This document shows, piece by piece, positions 40,598 through 49,379 of a DNA stretch of 64,000 nt (its first letter is position 1; the number at the start of each line of letters is the position of its first letter). The notes under the pieces were generated by a model that was not told where the DNA came from, did no database searches, and was given only the letters and a program-made list of their open reading frames with translations. Origin of the DNA: Candidatus Zhuqueibacterota bacterium (GTDB taxonomy: Bacteria > Zhuqueibacterota > Zhuqueibacteria > Residuimicrobiales > Oceaniaggregativiventaceae); contig WJMF01000069.1 of NCBI GenBank assembly GCA_014728085.1, positions 25,318 through 89,317 of the forward strand, in the 5' to 3' direction. A program made the translations under genes and the position numbers.

Positions 40598-41428
40598 CTA
40601 TCGAACCCGCACTGTACCATTGAGAGATACAACCGTAATCGGCTTTGCTTCCTGGTCGAATATTCCGAGGTTCGTATCGACACTGGGATCGGCGATGATC
40701 GTGACAGCTGTTGAATCATTTTTCAGCGTTCGAAATTCCAATTCAATCAGGTCGCCATTACCCTCTACCGCTTTGGATGCCGGCAAGATACTGAAAAAAC
40801 ATTCCGCAATTCCCTTTTCATTATCCAGCTTTTGATGCAAAATCGCCACTTGCCCGCCATTATGAGATAAAAAATCCATACACGGCGCCATGGAATTGAG
40901 CTGCAGGATCTCGGAATCATATTCGAGTCGTATACCCGCAGTTGCAAGCCGTTCAATATGCCGCGTACTGATACGTAAATGCAGGTCAGCGGATGAATGC
41001 ACGCTCGTATCCGAAGGTGTTATGATCAAAGCAGGAGAAATAAAACGAAGTACAATATTGACTTGTTGATCTTCTCCCGGGTTTAAATCCACGGTGTTTG
41101 AACCGCTCAACAATTTTACCGAATTCACCCAGCCATTGACCGTAAAGGTGCGGTTCTTACCTGCGGGCACCTGAATAGAAACCGAAGCACCGGCCTGATC
41201 CATATTCATCTCTTTCGAGAGAGTATCCATATTTGCAGCAGAAACCATTAACTCCATCCTGGTAAGAACATGGCAAACAGCTGACCGATTTAATCCGGCC
41301 AGGGTGGTGTGGATCGTCATCGAATCATTTTTATCAGGCCCAAAGGGGTTGTAGGTCTGACATGATATTGAAAAAACAAAGACCCAAAAAGTAATGAATA
41401 ACCTGGGTTTCATCGCGCTGATCATCAT
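40598..41428 (-). CDS. Lipoprotein with C-terminal cohesin-like domain
   Basis: SISC lipobox; VPAGKNRTFTV Ig-like part; ITPS....L.I......G..LEYD.EIL...FL...G.G.LIELEF cohesin pattern. Confidence 0.72.
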   Translation of the reverse strand: MMISAMKPRLFITFWVFVFSISCQTYNPFGPDKNDSMTIHTTLAGLNRSAVCHVLTRMELMVSAANMDTLSKEMNMDQAGASVSIQVPAGKNRTFTVNGWVNSVKLLSGSNTVDLNPGEDQQVNIVLRFISPALIITPSDTSVHSSADLHLRISTRHIERLATAGIRLEYDSEILQLNSMAPCMDFLSHNGGQVAILHQKLDNEKGIAECFFSILPASKAVEGNGDLIELEFRTLKNDSTAVTIIADPSVDTNLGIFDQEAKPITVVSLNGTVRVR

Positions 41429-41441
41429 AAAACTCTTGTAA

Positions 41442-42251
41442 TTAATACCATTGAACCGATATGGTCACATTGGCTTCTTTTTCTTGTTGTTCTTTCGTTA
41501 TGTAATAATATGCTCCACCTGCAGTCGTTGCCATGGTTAACCAAAACCAGAGTTTTTTATAAAACGGGGTCCCGCCTTGCCGGCTGAATGTTTTCAAGCG
41601 AACTTTTTCCCCGCGCAACTCGGCAATTTCATCATCTGTCAAAAATCGCACTTCAACAAATTTGGTTTCGGCAAGATTTCCAAATTCGTCAAGAGCCCGG
41701 ATTTGATAAAATATATAGGGATATTCTGTGATTTTTTCAGGTAAGGTTGCACCATATTGATACCCTGACAGGGAAACGGTTACGTTTGAGGTTGAAATAT
41801 ATCCTCTCAAGCCTTCTTTGTTCAGAACACGGTAGAAACGGTCTCCGGTTCGGGACACAAAAAGCCGGGTTCCCGCGGCAACGCTTGATAAAATCGGTGA
41901 CTGCGTATTCGCTTCTGAATAAACACGGGCTGAATCAGAATTCACTGTGACTACAACCGGAACTGTTTTTTCTTTTTCCATGCCGGGAAAATCCCCTTCC
42001 ACTGCCTTGCCACCATACTTTATTTTGATTGTCGAACGTCGAATCCTGTTGTTGTCACCGATATAAGCAATAATATTAAAGGATTCACCTCTTCTTCCAA
42101 CATTGATAACCTCATGAGCGATAACGGGGACTGTCGTATCGAGTTCCAACGTGGCAGATGTCATTTCCATCAGCGGTGCAGCGAACAGGTAAAAGGGTAA
42201 ACATAGTAACAAACAAAATGTGATTGTTTCAAAGCATTGCCAATGTTTCAT
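41442..42251 (-). CDS. Secreted SH3b-domain protein with C-terminal membrane tail
   Basis: Signal peptide; ARVYSEANTQSPIL..V..G......FYRV....G.RGYI; tail PFYKKLWFWLTMATTAGGAYYYI. Confidence 0.72.
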   Translation of the reverse strand: MKHWQCFETITFCLLLCLPFYLFAAPLMEMTSATLELDTTVPVIAHEVINVGRRGESFNIIAYIGDNNRIRRSTIKIKYGGKAVEGDFPGMEKEKTVPVVVTVNSDSARVYSEANTQSPILSSVAAGTRLFVSRTGDRFYRVLNKEGLRGYISTSNVTVSLSGYQYGATLPEKITEYPYIFYQIRALDEFGNLAETKFVEVRFLTDDEIAELRGEKVRLKTFSRQGGTPFYKKLWFWLTMATTAGGAYYYITKEQQEKEANVTISVQWY

Positions 42252-42394
42252 ATTGCGACGCTCTCCTCGCTCATTTTTATACGATCAAAACAATATGCCG
42301 TTATATAGTTCTATTAAAATCATCAACTTAAACAGAACAGCCATATAAGTCGATATAATAGAGCAAATAACAGGCCAAAGAATAAAGAGCGAGT

Positions 42395-42436
42395 AAAAAG
42401 CCGCAAAATCAAAAAATTAAAATCGATTTTGCGGCT
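42395..42436 (-). terminator. Intrinsic terminator downstream of greA
   Basis: AGCCGCAAAATC...GATTTTGCGGCT followed by T-run on the minus strand. Confidence 0.7.
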
Positions 42437-42460
42437 CGTATGGGTAAAAAAATGTTTTGT

Positions 42461-42931
42461 TTAAAAAATTTTTTCAACTCGATAAGTTATCGTGCCGGCG
42501 GGAACTTTGATTTCTACGATTTCTCCGATGGTTTTCCCCAATAAAGCTTTGCCCACCGGAGAGTCGACGGAAACAGCTTCAAGATCAAAGGTGCTGAATT
42601 CAGTGGTTGGAACGAGTTCGTATTCAATAATCTCTTCTGTGCCTGTATCCACCAATTTTACTTTTTTGCCCACCACGACGCGCTTGCCGTCCGATGCGGA
42701 CTCGTCCAGTATACGGGCCCGGGATAACATCTCCTCAAGCCGGGAAATTTTTCGTTCCACAATCTCCTGTTTTTCTTTTGCCGCAGCATATTCGGCGTTT
42801 TCTCGCAGATCGCCGTGCTCACGCGCATCAGTAATATCTTGAATGATTTTAGGACGCTCCCTGTATTTTAAGGTATGCAACTCTTTCGATAATTTTTGGT
42901 GCTGATCCTTTGAAAGATAAACAGCCTTCAT
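42461..42931 (-). CDS. greA: Transcription elongation factor GreA
   Basis: AREHGDLRENAEY.AAKE.Q, S..SPVGKALLG. Confidence 0.96.
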   Translation of the reverse strand: MKAVYLSKDQHQKLSKELHTLKYRERPKIIQDITDAREHGDLRENAEYAAAKEKQEIVERKISRLEEMLSRARILDESASDGKRVVVGKKVKLVDTGTEEIIEYELVPTTEFSTFDLEAVSVDSPVGKALLGKTIGEIVEIKVPAGTITYRVEKIF

Positions 42932-42969
42932 ATAAACTCCTTATTATTCCAAGATCAATTTGAGCCAAT

Positions 42970-42998
42970 AAAAAAAAGGCCTTTTCAGAGGGCCTTTT
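42970..42998 (-). terminator. Leader terminator/attenuator upstream of greA
   Basis: AAAAGGCC-CTCTGAAAA-GGCCTTTTTTTT between the promoter and the greA RBS (AAGGAG). Confidence 0.7.
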
Positions 42999-43041
42999 GC
43001 GGTTAGCAAAAAAGAGAACATATTCTTTATGTCGCTTCTAA

Positions 43042-43070
43042 AAGCTACTAAAAAAACCCTTATGTGTCAA
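43042..43070 (-). promoter_or_regulatory. sigma70 promoter of greA
   Basis: TTGACA-17 nt-TAGCTT. Confidence 0.65.
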
Positions 43071-43207
43071 TGAAAATTTTCATCTTTTTTTATTAGAATT
43101 TTTTGTCAGAAGATTGTATATTGAACTCTTTGATAAAAGCCGGGAAAAAATTTTACCGTCATCCGGAAAAATTTTCGGGCCAATACAAACAAAAAACACA
43201 GGCAAGT

Positions 43208-43729
43208 ATGAAACGAAAAGTAGTGGTCATCACAACAGGGGGAACAATTGAAAAAATTTATGATGAGGATAGCGGAACGCTGAGCAATCGCGGTTCGCAC
43301 CTGCGACAAATGTTAAAAAGATTGCGTCTGCCCTATACGCATGTGGAACATCACGATCTAATGAGCAAAGACTCCCTGGACATGACAGAAGAAGACAGGA
43401 AGAAACTTGTCGCAACGGTCGAAAAGCTTCTGAACACCGTTCCCATCATCATCCTGCACGGAACAGATACCATGCAGGTCACGGCAGAAAGATTATATGA
43501 AACATTCGCTGATTTATCCGCTCCGATCATTCTCACCGGTGCAATGAAACCGTTCGGATTCGAGGATTCGGATGCGCTTCAGAATTTCACCGAAGCCCTG
43601 ATTGCATCAGAACTCGTCAAGCCCGGTGTCTACATTACCATGCACGGTAAAATTCATGTGATGCCGGGTGTTCGCAAAAACCGTCAGCATCGTACCTTTG
43701 AAAAGAGTGATGATCCGTTGCAGGATTAA
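43208..43729 (+). CDS. Short asparaginase (N-terminal catalytic domain only)
   Basis: TTGGTI, DSLDM, HGTDTM, LTGAMKP, SDA..N; start ATG 43208, 173 aa. Confidence 0.85.
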   Translation: MKRKVVVITTGGTIEKIYDEDSGTLSNRGSHLRQMLKRLRLPYTHVEHHDLMSKDSLDMTEEDRKKLVATVEKLLNTVPIIILHGTDTMQVTAERLYETFADLSAPIILTGAMKPFGFEDSDALQNFTEALIASELVKPGVYITMHGKIHVMPGVRKNRQHRTFEKSDDPLQD

Positions 43730-43840
43730 CCGGTGATGTATATTTGCTCTTGCCTGTTTTTATCAAGACATTTCGTTTGATTTTATCTCTTTTTTTTTTT
43801 ACTATTAGAAAACAATATAGCTATAACTCTGGAGGAAAAT

Positions 43841-45292
43841 ATGTCGATACTCAGCGATTTAGAGCCAAAGCGTCTCTGGAAACATTTTGATGAAATACGC
43901 AAAATCCCTCATCCTTCCCGAAATGAAAAACAACTGGCAGATTATGTGATTTCTGTGGCCAAAAAGCTTAATTTGGAATATGAAGAAGACAACGTCCACA
44001 ATGTTCTGATCAAAAAACCGGCAACACCCGGTCACGAAAATGCAAAGTCCGTGGTCCTCCAAAGTCACCTGGATATGGTTTGTGAAAAAAATTCTGACAA
44101 AGAATTTGATTTTGAAAAAGATGAGATTGAAGTGGTAAAAGAAGAAGAGTGGCTGACGGCGAATGGAACAACATTGGGGTCCGATAATGGCATTGGAATT
44201 GCCACCGCTCTGGCAATCCTTGAAGATGATAACCTGGTGCATGGACCCATCGAAGCGCTTTTCACCGTCGATGAAGAGACCGGGCTCAATGGTGCCATGA
44301 ATTTGTCATCCGACTGGCTTGAAGGCAGAACCATGATCAATCTGGACAGCGAAGATCTCGGTATATTTTCCATTGGATGTGCCGGAGGCGCTGATACATT
44401 GATAACATTACCATTACATCGTAAACAAGCCAAAGGAGATGCTTTGCTCAAAATTCACCTTGCAGGACTGCGGGGCGGGCACTCCGGACTCGACATCAAC
44501 GAGGGACGGGGAAATGCGGTAAAAATTTTGACCCGGCTTTTATATCAAATCAACAAAGACCTCCCGGTCGAAATTGTCTGCATGGATGGCGGAGACAAGC
44601 ACAATGCTATTCCCCGTGAAGCGATTGCGCAAATCGTCTGTGATGATGCCAAAACAGATGATATCAAAAGCTGGTTCGATAAAGCTATGAAAGATATCAG
44701 AATTGAATTTCAGCCGGTGGAAAAAGACATTACCTTAAAACTACAAAAGCTCACAGAAGACCTTCCGCACGTCCTGGATGAGAATTCACAAAACACCCTT
44801 CTCGCCCTGATTTTTGCCTTGCCGCACGGTCCGCTGGCGATGAGCAGAGCCATCGAAGGACTGGTTGAGACATCAAATAATGTCGCTTCTGTTAAATGCT
44901 CGGAAAAGGAAGCAAAGTTGCACCTCAGTAGCCGGAGTTCAAATGGTGCCGCTCTGAAAGCTACCCGGGATAAACTGACAGCAATCGGTACCCTTGCCGG
45001 CGCTGACATTGACAAACCAGAAGGTTATCCCGGATGGTTGCCCAATCTCGATTCCGATATTCTCCAGGTCGCACTGGATACATATAAAAAAACCACGGGA
45101 GAAGAGGCAAAATACGAAGCCATTCACGCCGGCCTCGAATGCGGACTAATTGGGGATAAATATGAAGGAATGGATATGATTTCACTGGGGCCGACGATTA
45201 AACATCCCCATTCCCCCGAGGAAAAAGTTCATATCGGTACAGTAGAAACCTTTTACAAGCATGTCTTGAGTATGCTGGAAACTCTGGCCTGA
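43841..45292 (+). CDS. pepD: Aminoacyl-histidine dipeptidase (M20C)
   Basis: QSHLDMVCEK, GTTLGSDNGIG, DEETGL, NLDSED, GGHSG, IHAGLECG, HSPEE. Confidence 0.95.
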   Translation: MSILSDLEPKRLWKHFDEIRKIPHPSRNEKQLADYVISVAKKLNLEYEEDNVHNVLIKKPATPGHENAKSVVLQSHLDMVCEKNSDKEFDFEKDEIEVVKEEEWLTANGTTLGSDNGIGIATALAILEDDNLVHGPIEALFTVDEETGLNGAMNLSSDWLEGRTMINLDSEDLGIFSIGCAGGADTLITLPLHRKQAKGDALLKIHLAGLRGGHSGLDINEGRGNAVKILTRLLYQINKDLPVEIVCMDGGDKHNAIPREAIAQIVCDDAKTDDIKSWFDKAMKDIRIEFQPVEKDITLKLQKLTEDLPHVLDENSQNTLLALIFALPHGPLAMSRAIEGLVETSNNVASVKCSEKEAKLHLSSRSSNGAALKATRDKLTAIGTLAGADIDKPEGYPGWLPNLDSDILQVALDTYKKTTGEEAKYEAIHAGLECGLIGDKYEGMDMISLGPTIKHPHSPEEKVHIGTVETFYKHVLSMLETLA

Positions 45293-45320
45293 GTTTTATC
45301 CATCCCTGTTCCGCTCTTTC

Positions 45321-45351
45321 AAGCCCAAAGCGTTTGCTTTGGGCTTTTTTT
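45321..45351 (+). terminator. Intrinsic terminator after pepD
   Basis: AAGCCCAAAGC-GTTT-GCTTTGGGCTTTTTTT. Confidence 0.88.
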
Positions 45352-45402
45352 ATGGAAAAAATTGGGATCACCACCTGTTTTTATTCTTGCAGAGTAATTT
45401 CA

Positions 45403-45429
45403 TGTAACTTATAGCTTTCTGTTCACGTA
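45403..45429 (+). promoter_or_regulatory. Putative ECF-sigma promoter for the MacAB-like operon
   Basis: TGTAAC-17 nt-CGTA. Confidence 0.5.
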
Positions 45430-45482
45430 TTTATCATAGAGAGAAAACGTTAAACCAGATATATTTGGGAGGCTCTTCGTTC

Positions 45483-46595
45483 ATGGCCATAAAGAAACGA
45501 AAACCAGGTTGGATTATCGGAACGATTGCCCTGGTCATCATCACAAGTGTGGTTTTGTTTGTCGTTATCAAAAATTCCAACAACAATTCATCTGAAACTC
45601 AACAATCCGTCGTCAGGGTCGAAAAGACCAATATCATTAAAAAAGCGATGGCATTGGGTGCCATTGAAGCGAAAATAGAAATTGCTGTCAAGTCTAAAAT
45701 TTCCGGAGTGGTTGGAAAACTCTATGCCGACGTTGGGGACTATGTGGAACAGGGAGAGCCTCTCCTGGAAGTCAAGCCCGATCCCACACCCCTTGAATTG
45801 GCTGAAGGCAAAAGGAATGTTGAAAGAAAAGAGATAGACGCTAGAAAGTTAAAGAACGAACTGGATCGTCAAAATCAACTAAAAGAACGGGGATTGATAT
45901 CGAATCAGGATTTCGAAGATATCCGTCAGCAATACGACCAGGCTGTATTGGAACATCAAATTGCCATCGAGCAACTGGAATTGCTTGAGAAAGGCAAAGT
46001 GCGGATTGCCAATACCAATATTGAAACCGTAATCAAAGCACCGATTACAGGCTATATTTTGGAAAAATCAGTCAATGTTGGAGACCCGGTTGTTCCGTTG
46101 ACCTCTTATCAGGCCGGTACCGAATTGATGAAAATGGCGGATATGGAAGAACTGATTTTCCGCGGTACAATCGATGAGATTGATGTCGGCAAGATACGGG
46201 AAGGGATGCCGGCGAAATTGGAAATCGGAGCCTTGCCAGGCAAAACTGTCGAAGGCGTGGTTTCGTTAATCTCGCTAAAAGCAAAAAAAGAAGACAACAC
46301 AACCGTTTTTCCGGTTGAAATTGAACTTTCGCAAATCGGCGATGTTGTGTTGCGGGCAGGTTTTTCCGCCAATGCCAATATCATTATCGCCAGAGAAGAC
46401 AGCATTCTGGCTATTCCGGAAAGAGTGGTCACTTTTCGCAATGATTCGGCTTTTGTACGGATTCTATTCGAGGACGGAAGTTCGGTCGAGAAATATATCG
46501 AAACCGGCCTCAGCGATGCGATTAAAATTGAGGTTACATCCGGTCTGCAAGAAGGACAAAAGGTCCTTGAAAAAAAAGTAAGGGATATTATCTAG
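45483..46595 (+). CDS. Efflux periplasmic adaptor (MacA/YknX-like)
   Basis: N-terminal TM, VKSKISGVV..L..DVGD.V..G, coiled coil, I.APITG, IDEIDVGKI..G. Confidence 0.9.
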   Translation: MAIKKRKPGWIIGTIALVIITSVVLFVVIKNSNNNSSETQQSVVRVEKTNIIKKAMALGAIEAKIEIAVKSKISGVVGKLYADVGDYVEQGEPLLEVKPDPTPLELAEGKRNVERKEIDARKLKNELDRQNQLKERGLISNQDFEDIRQQYDQAVLEHQIAIEQLELLEKGKVRIANTNIETVIKAPITGYILEKSVNVGDPVVPLTSYQAGTELMKMADMEELIFRGTIDEIDVGKIREGMPAKLEIGALPGKTVEGVVSLISLKAKKEDNTTVFPVEIELSQIGDVVLRAGFSANANIIIAREDSILAIPERVVTFRNDSAFVRILFEDGSSVEKYIETGLSDAIKIEVTSGLQEGQKVLEKKVRDII

Positions 46596-46605
46596 ATATA
46601 GAATA

Positions 46606-47841
46606 ATGGCTCAATTATTTGATACAATACGGGAAATCTTTCACTATCTCAGACAGTATAAAGCGCGTACCTTTATGACGATGTTTGGTATCATTTGGGG
46701 TACGATCAGCATAGTCGTTTTGCTGGCATTCGGAATGGGCGTAAAGCATGCCATGAGTAAAAACATGCACGGCATCGGGGAAGGAATTGTTATCCTGTGG
46801 TCGGGCAAAACCGGCAAACCATTCCAGGGTTTCAATCGCGGCAGACAAATTCACTTTCGAAAATCCGATGTAGATTTAATGCAATCCGAAATAAAAAACA
46901 TAGATATGATAAGTCCTGAATACAGCACATGGCGAGCAGCGATCCATCGAGGCAGCAAATCAATAAACCCCAATATTACCGGTGCCAATGAAGAATATGG
47001 CCTTATGAGACACGAAAGGCCCCGGCGTCAGGGGCGCTGGTTAAACAAACTCGATATCGAAGAAAAACGCAGAGTTGTTTTTCTGGGTAATGATCTAAAA
47101 GAATTTTTGTTCGGGGATGAAGAAGCAGTGGGTCGATATGTTAATATTGGTGATTCACCTTTTCTGGTCATCGGTGTGCTCAGAGAAAAAACTCAGGCGT
47201 CTTCCTACAATTCACGTGACAAAGATCGGGCGTTTATTCCCTATACCACCTTTCGATCGTTTTTTGGCCACAGGTATCTCAGCAATATTATCTATAAAAT
47301 GCACAATCCAACTCTGAATGAACAAACCCGGAAACGCGTTTATCAGGTCCTCGGTAAAGAGCACAAATTCGATCCTGAAGACAGCGAAGCTTTGTGGATC
47401 TGGGATACTTCCGAGTCAGATGAGTTTATATATTATTTCTCTCTTGGATTCAATATCTTTATGGGAATTATTGGAATAATGACTCTAACAGTAGGTGGCA
47501 TTGGACTTGCCAATATAATGTATGTTGTGGTTCAGGAACGTACAAGAGAAATCGGCATCCGCCGGTCAATCGGAGCTAAACGCAGGCATATTATGCTTCA
47601 ATTTATGACCGAGGCAATCATCATTATAGGTTTTGGCGCCTTTATCGGATTTACCGCATCTCTTTTGCTCGTCAAGTTGATCGGTATGTTACCCTTTGAT
47701 GAATATGTCGGCAATCCGACAATATCCTGGCCGGTTGTGGCTGTCTCCATATCTGTACTTGGTCTTATCGGCATTATCGCAGGATTTTTCCCGGCAAGAA
47801 AAGCGGCAAACATGACAGTAATCGATTCCATCCGATTTTAA
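46606..47841 (+). CDS. MacB-like ABC permease
   Basis: TMFGIIWG, VGGIGLANIM...ERTREIGIRRSIGA, PARKAA; no fused ATPase. Confidence 0.9.
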   Translation: MAQLFDTIREIFHYLRQYKARTFMTMFGIIWGTISIVVLLAFGMGVKHAMSKNMHGIGEGIVILWSGKTGKPFQGFNRGRQIHFRKSDVDLMQSEIKNIDMISPEYSTWRAAIHRGSKSINPNITGANEEYGLMRHERPRRQGRWLNKLDIEEKRRVVFLGNDLKEFLFGDEEAVGRYVNIGDSPFLVIGVLREKTQASSYNSRDKDRAFIPYTTFRSFFGHRYLSNIIYKMHNPTLNEQTRKRVYQVLGKEHKFDPEDSEALWIWDTSESDEFIYYFSLGFNIFMGIIGIMTLTVGGIGLANIMYVVVQERTREIGIRRSIGAKRRHIMLQFMTEAIIIIGFGAFIGFTASLLLVKLIGMLPFDEYVGNPTISWPVVAVSISVLGLIGIIAGFFPARKAANMTVIDSIRF

Positions 47842-47854
47842 GCAGGAAACCATT

Positions 47855-49099
47855 ATGCATATATTTGTTTTATTGAGTGAATTTTTTCAGGACATTAAAA
47901 AACAAAAAATGAGGGCATTTCTGACCACCTTTGCCATCACCTGGGGGACGTTGGCGGTTATTTTGCTGATGTCCTTTGGATCCGGTCTCAATTTCCGCAT
48001 GCGCGAAAGCCTGCTAAATGCCGGTGACCGCATCATCACGGTTTATGGATCTCAAACCAGAATGGAATATCAGGGGCTACCCGTAGGTCGCAGAATTCGC
48101 TTTGCTGAACGCGATATTCCTCTTTTAAAACAAAACATTCCCGAAATAGGCTGGATCAGCGCTCAGGCAGGACGGTCCGTTCAACTGCGAAACGAGCAAA
48201 AAAGCGCCACCACCCATATGGAAGGCGTTTATCCACAGTTCAAAGTTTTACGTCGCATGTATCCGCAGCCGGGAGGACGGTTTATTAATGACATAGACCT
48301 GACGCAAAAACGCCGCGTCGTTTTTCTGGGATCGGTCATCGCTGAAGAACTCTTTGGAACAGAAGGCCCGATCGGAAAACGACTGGACATCGACGGCGTG
48401 CCTTTTAAAGTTATCGGCATTTTACCCGGCAAGCTGCAAACATCGATGAATAATGGGCCGGATGACAGACGCGCCATTATACCTCTGTCTACATTTATGA
48501 GTTTGTACGGCTGGAGATATATCAACTCGATTATTGTAAAACCATATAAGGACAACTATTCAGACCAGGTTAAACAACAAATCTATCAGGTTCTCGGTAA
48601 AAAACACCGTTTTGACCCAAAAGATGAACGGGCCATTGCCGTTTGGGACATGGCAGAAGGTATAAAAATCCAAGATCGCGTTTTTCTGGGCATCAAAATA
48701 TTTCTCGGCGTATTGGGTTCTATGACCTTGATCGTCGCCGGGGTAGGAGTCGCCAATATCATGTATGTGGTGGTGAAAGAGCGTACCCGGGAATTTGGCA
48801 TCAAACGCGCTATTGGAGCCAAAAAACGGCACATCATGTTACAAATCATTTTTGAATCCCTCTTGATTGCAGCAATCGGCGGTGCCGGTGGTATACTGTT
48901 ATCATATTCGATCATTAAACTCATCTGGATGGTGCCTGCCGGAGATGGAGCCATGCAGTTCCTTGGCCGACCTCTCATGTCATCCGAGGTGATGTTGTTA
49001 TCCGTTTCGGTATTGGGTGTTATCGGCTTGATGGCAGGATTTTTCCCGGCCAAAAAAGCGGCTCAGGTCAATCCGGTAGAAGCGTTACGCTATGAATAA
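47855..49099 (+). CDS. MacB-like ABC permease (second paralog)
   Basis: VAGVGVANIM...ERTREFGIKRAIGA, PAKKAA.VNPVEALRYE. Confidence 0.9.
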   Translation: MHIFVLLSEFFQDIKKQKMRAFLTTFAITWGTLAVILLMSFGSGLNFRMRESLLNAGDRIITVYGSQTRMEYQGLPVGRRIRFAERDIPLLKQNIPEIGWISAQAGRSVQLRNEQKSATTHMEGVYPQFKVLRRMYPQPGGRFINDIDLTQKRRVVFLGSVIAEELFGTEGPIGKRLDIDGVPFKVIGILPGKLQTSMNNGPDDRRAIIPLSTFMSLYGWRYINSIIVKPYKDNYSDQVKQQIYQVLGKKHRFDPKDERAIAVWDMAEGIKIQDRVFLGIKIFLGVLGSMTLIVAGVGVANIMYVVVKERTREFGIKRAIGAKKRHIMLQIIFESLLIAAIGGAGGILLSYSIIKLIWMVPAGDGAMQFLGRPLMSSEVMLLSVSVLGVIGLMAGFFPAKKAAQVNPVEALRYE

Positions 49100-49379
49100 A
49101 AAAGATTCCATCCGATATAATTAAGAACCGTTTTTTCCCTTGAACACTCCCGGATTTGACTATCTTTATCTGCGAAATCGAACCGGAACAAGACAAATTT
49201 CTCAATGTCCGTGCAATGCCCCATATTTGACTTGCTTTTTCAGTATACCTATTTTACCTTTAATCATCATCCCCTGTTTACCAGTCCCGGCATCGACATA
49301 TCTGGGTACAAAAAAGATTGAAAACCTGAGAATTAAAAGCGTGATTTATACTTTTTTGAGACAGATGAACATTTACAAA

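Noticed and set aside
42284-42300. sigma54-like CGGCATATTGTTTTG on the minus strand
   Set aside because: No GC at -12 with the required spacing.
49140-49364. Upstream extension of the sensor phosphatase ORF (likewise starts at 13399, 18236, 26817, 43103, 57816)
   Set aside because: Non-homologous sequence running through intergenic/promoter DNA or neighbouring genes; downstream starts fit signal peptides, RBS or domain boundaries better.
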